DNA from: Chrysomallon squamiferum
Taxonomy: Eukaryota > Animalia > Mollusca
DNA: 64,000 bases
Direction of reading: 5' to 3'
NCBI GenBank assembly: GCA_012295275.1
Contig: CM022679.1
Coordinates: 24,490,001-24,554,000 of the forward strand
Shown: positions 62,766-64,000 of the stretch, one piece after another
How the letters are laid out: each line of letters begins with the position of its first letter
Position numbering within the stretch: the first letter of the stretch is position 1
Made by a program: the position numbers and the translations under genes
The notes under the pieces: generated by a model
The model's database searches: none
What the model was told of the DNA's origin: nothing
What the model saw: the letters and a program-made list of their open reading frames with translations, nothing else

Positions 62766-63042
62766 AACCATTTCGACTACTGAAAAATCCAATTAGCATA
62801 GTAATACATTAAAACGTTAATGTTAATTAAATAAATGTACGTAGAACTAATATACGTAATAGGAACACAAATCAACTGAATGTGTATTTGCTATTTTATA
62901 CATAAAAAAAAAAACGTATTATTCATCGTTTACATTAGGCCGGTTGATTTTAATGACAGGTATTTCTATAGCTAAGTGAATTTATCTTCTAATATGAAAC
63001 CTCAGTGTGCAATATTCTAGTGCAAACCATTTATTCACTCAC

Positions 63043-63412
63043 TGTATATACAGTTGCTGTATAGTCTTCTGGGCTTTGGAATTGTTTTTGAACGGCCTTG
63101 CCTTTTGTCGCTGTTGCGTACGACGACTGCTTCCGCGGCTTTGACGACTTTGTCTCGCGAAATTTCAGTCCATGTTGTTTCGCTTGACGCAGTACTTATA
63201 TTCAGCTATCGACGACATCCTGTCTAGCTTTGTCATCTTTTCCGTTCGACTCCAACTCGTTCGACATTGTTTACTTTTCTATGAACTGTAGTTCGTTGTA
63301 CTTGTTCCGACCGGCAGCGCTTTGGCGTCCGTTCAACGATAATCCGTTCGGCGAATTTCTGAGAAACTTTGCCGACTTCTGACAGGGTTAATTTGAAAGC
63401 CCTCTTTTTCAT
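63043..63412 (-). pseudogene. GC/CpG-rich disrupted coding-like segment, possibly a transposon ORF relic
   Basis: 59-aa basic ORF at 63412-63233 (MKKRAFKLTLSEVGKVSQKF...), then coding-like stretches in other frames broken by stops; ends at a GTGAGT donor (63042-63037). Confidence 0.35.
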
Positions 63413-64000
63413 AGTTAATATTTTTTTTTATATATATACAGCTCACTGATTTTGTACTTTGGTTATTTATAAAGTCAGTACAGGTATTGTAGAACATATA
63501 CATTATAAAGTCTTTCAGATGATCTTACTAGTTAGCTACTTTTATATATCTGTTGTACAAAAAAAATGAATATTTAATTTGTATTTAATTCATGATATAT
63601 TTTTAATGGCTGAAATAAATTTTTAACACAAGCTCACTACGATAGTACTTAGACTAAATTCATTACTTGCCATTTTATTATACTTTTTCTCTGTGATCAA
63701 TTTTAATGTTCATATTTAGAAAACATCAAAATAAATATATATCATTTATACATTAAATATGTATCATTAATATATATATATTTTTATTAGTCATATAATT
63801 TATACGTTTACATACAGATGTACATTATACTAATTCTCACATTAATGTAATTTCATAGGTTCAATTTACATCCGAAAAGCTTTTTAATATTATACAAAAA
63901 TATGTACAGCAAGAACTTTTCTAAAAGCAGATATCTTTTTCAGATTTTTAATATAAAATTATTACATTTTAATATATTTATGTACTATACATAACAAGAT

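Noticed and set aside
1-64000. tRNA, rRNA, snoRNA or an intact transposase/RT
   Set aside because: No recognisable motifs by eye; tRNAscan-SE, Infernal and BLASTX would be needed to exclude them fully.

Overview
This is very AT-rich, intron-dense animal genomic DNA (GT-AG introns mostly 0.1-2.8 kb, abundant (AAT)n/(TA)n/(CA)n and poly-T tracts), most consistent with an invertebrate, probably a mollusc; that taxon call is an inference. Most six-frame ORFs are low-complexity artefacts. Manual splicing gives four recognisable genes: the 3' part of a TEX14-like ankyrin-pseudokinase (+, 503-14695, start outside the window), a complete SNX8/Mvp1 sorting nexin with an extra N-terminal EH-like module (-, 531 aa), an IQCE-like coiled-coil/IQ protein head-to-head with it (+, one apparent 1-nt frameshift) and a complete 9-exon gamma-glutamyl hydrolase (-, 313 aa). 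There is also an unrecognised 6-exon ~98-aa gene (+, 59991-62765), two TIR-bounded MITE-like elements, several tandem duplications, and CpG-rich promoter-like patches. No prokaryotic-type system, CRISPR array, tRNA or rRNA is visible. The best leads are the EH-PX-BAR architecture, the IQ-exon array and microexon logic of IQCE, two frame anomalies that may be assembly errors, a divergent GGH active-site region, and orphan transcription units. Family assignments come from recalled motifs, not from database searches.
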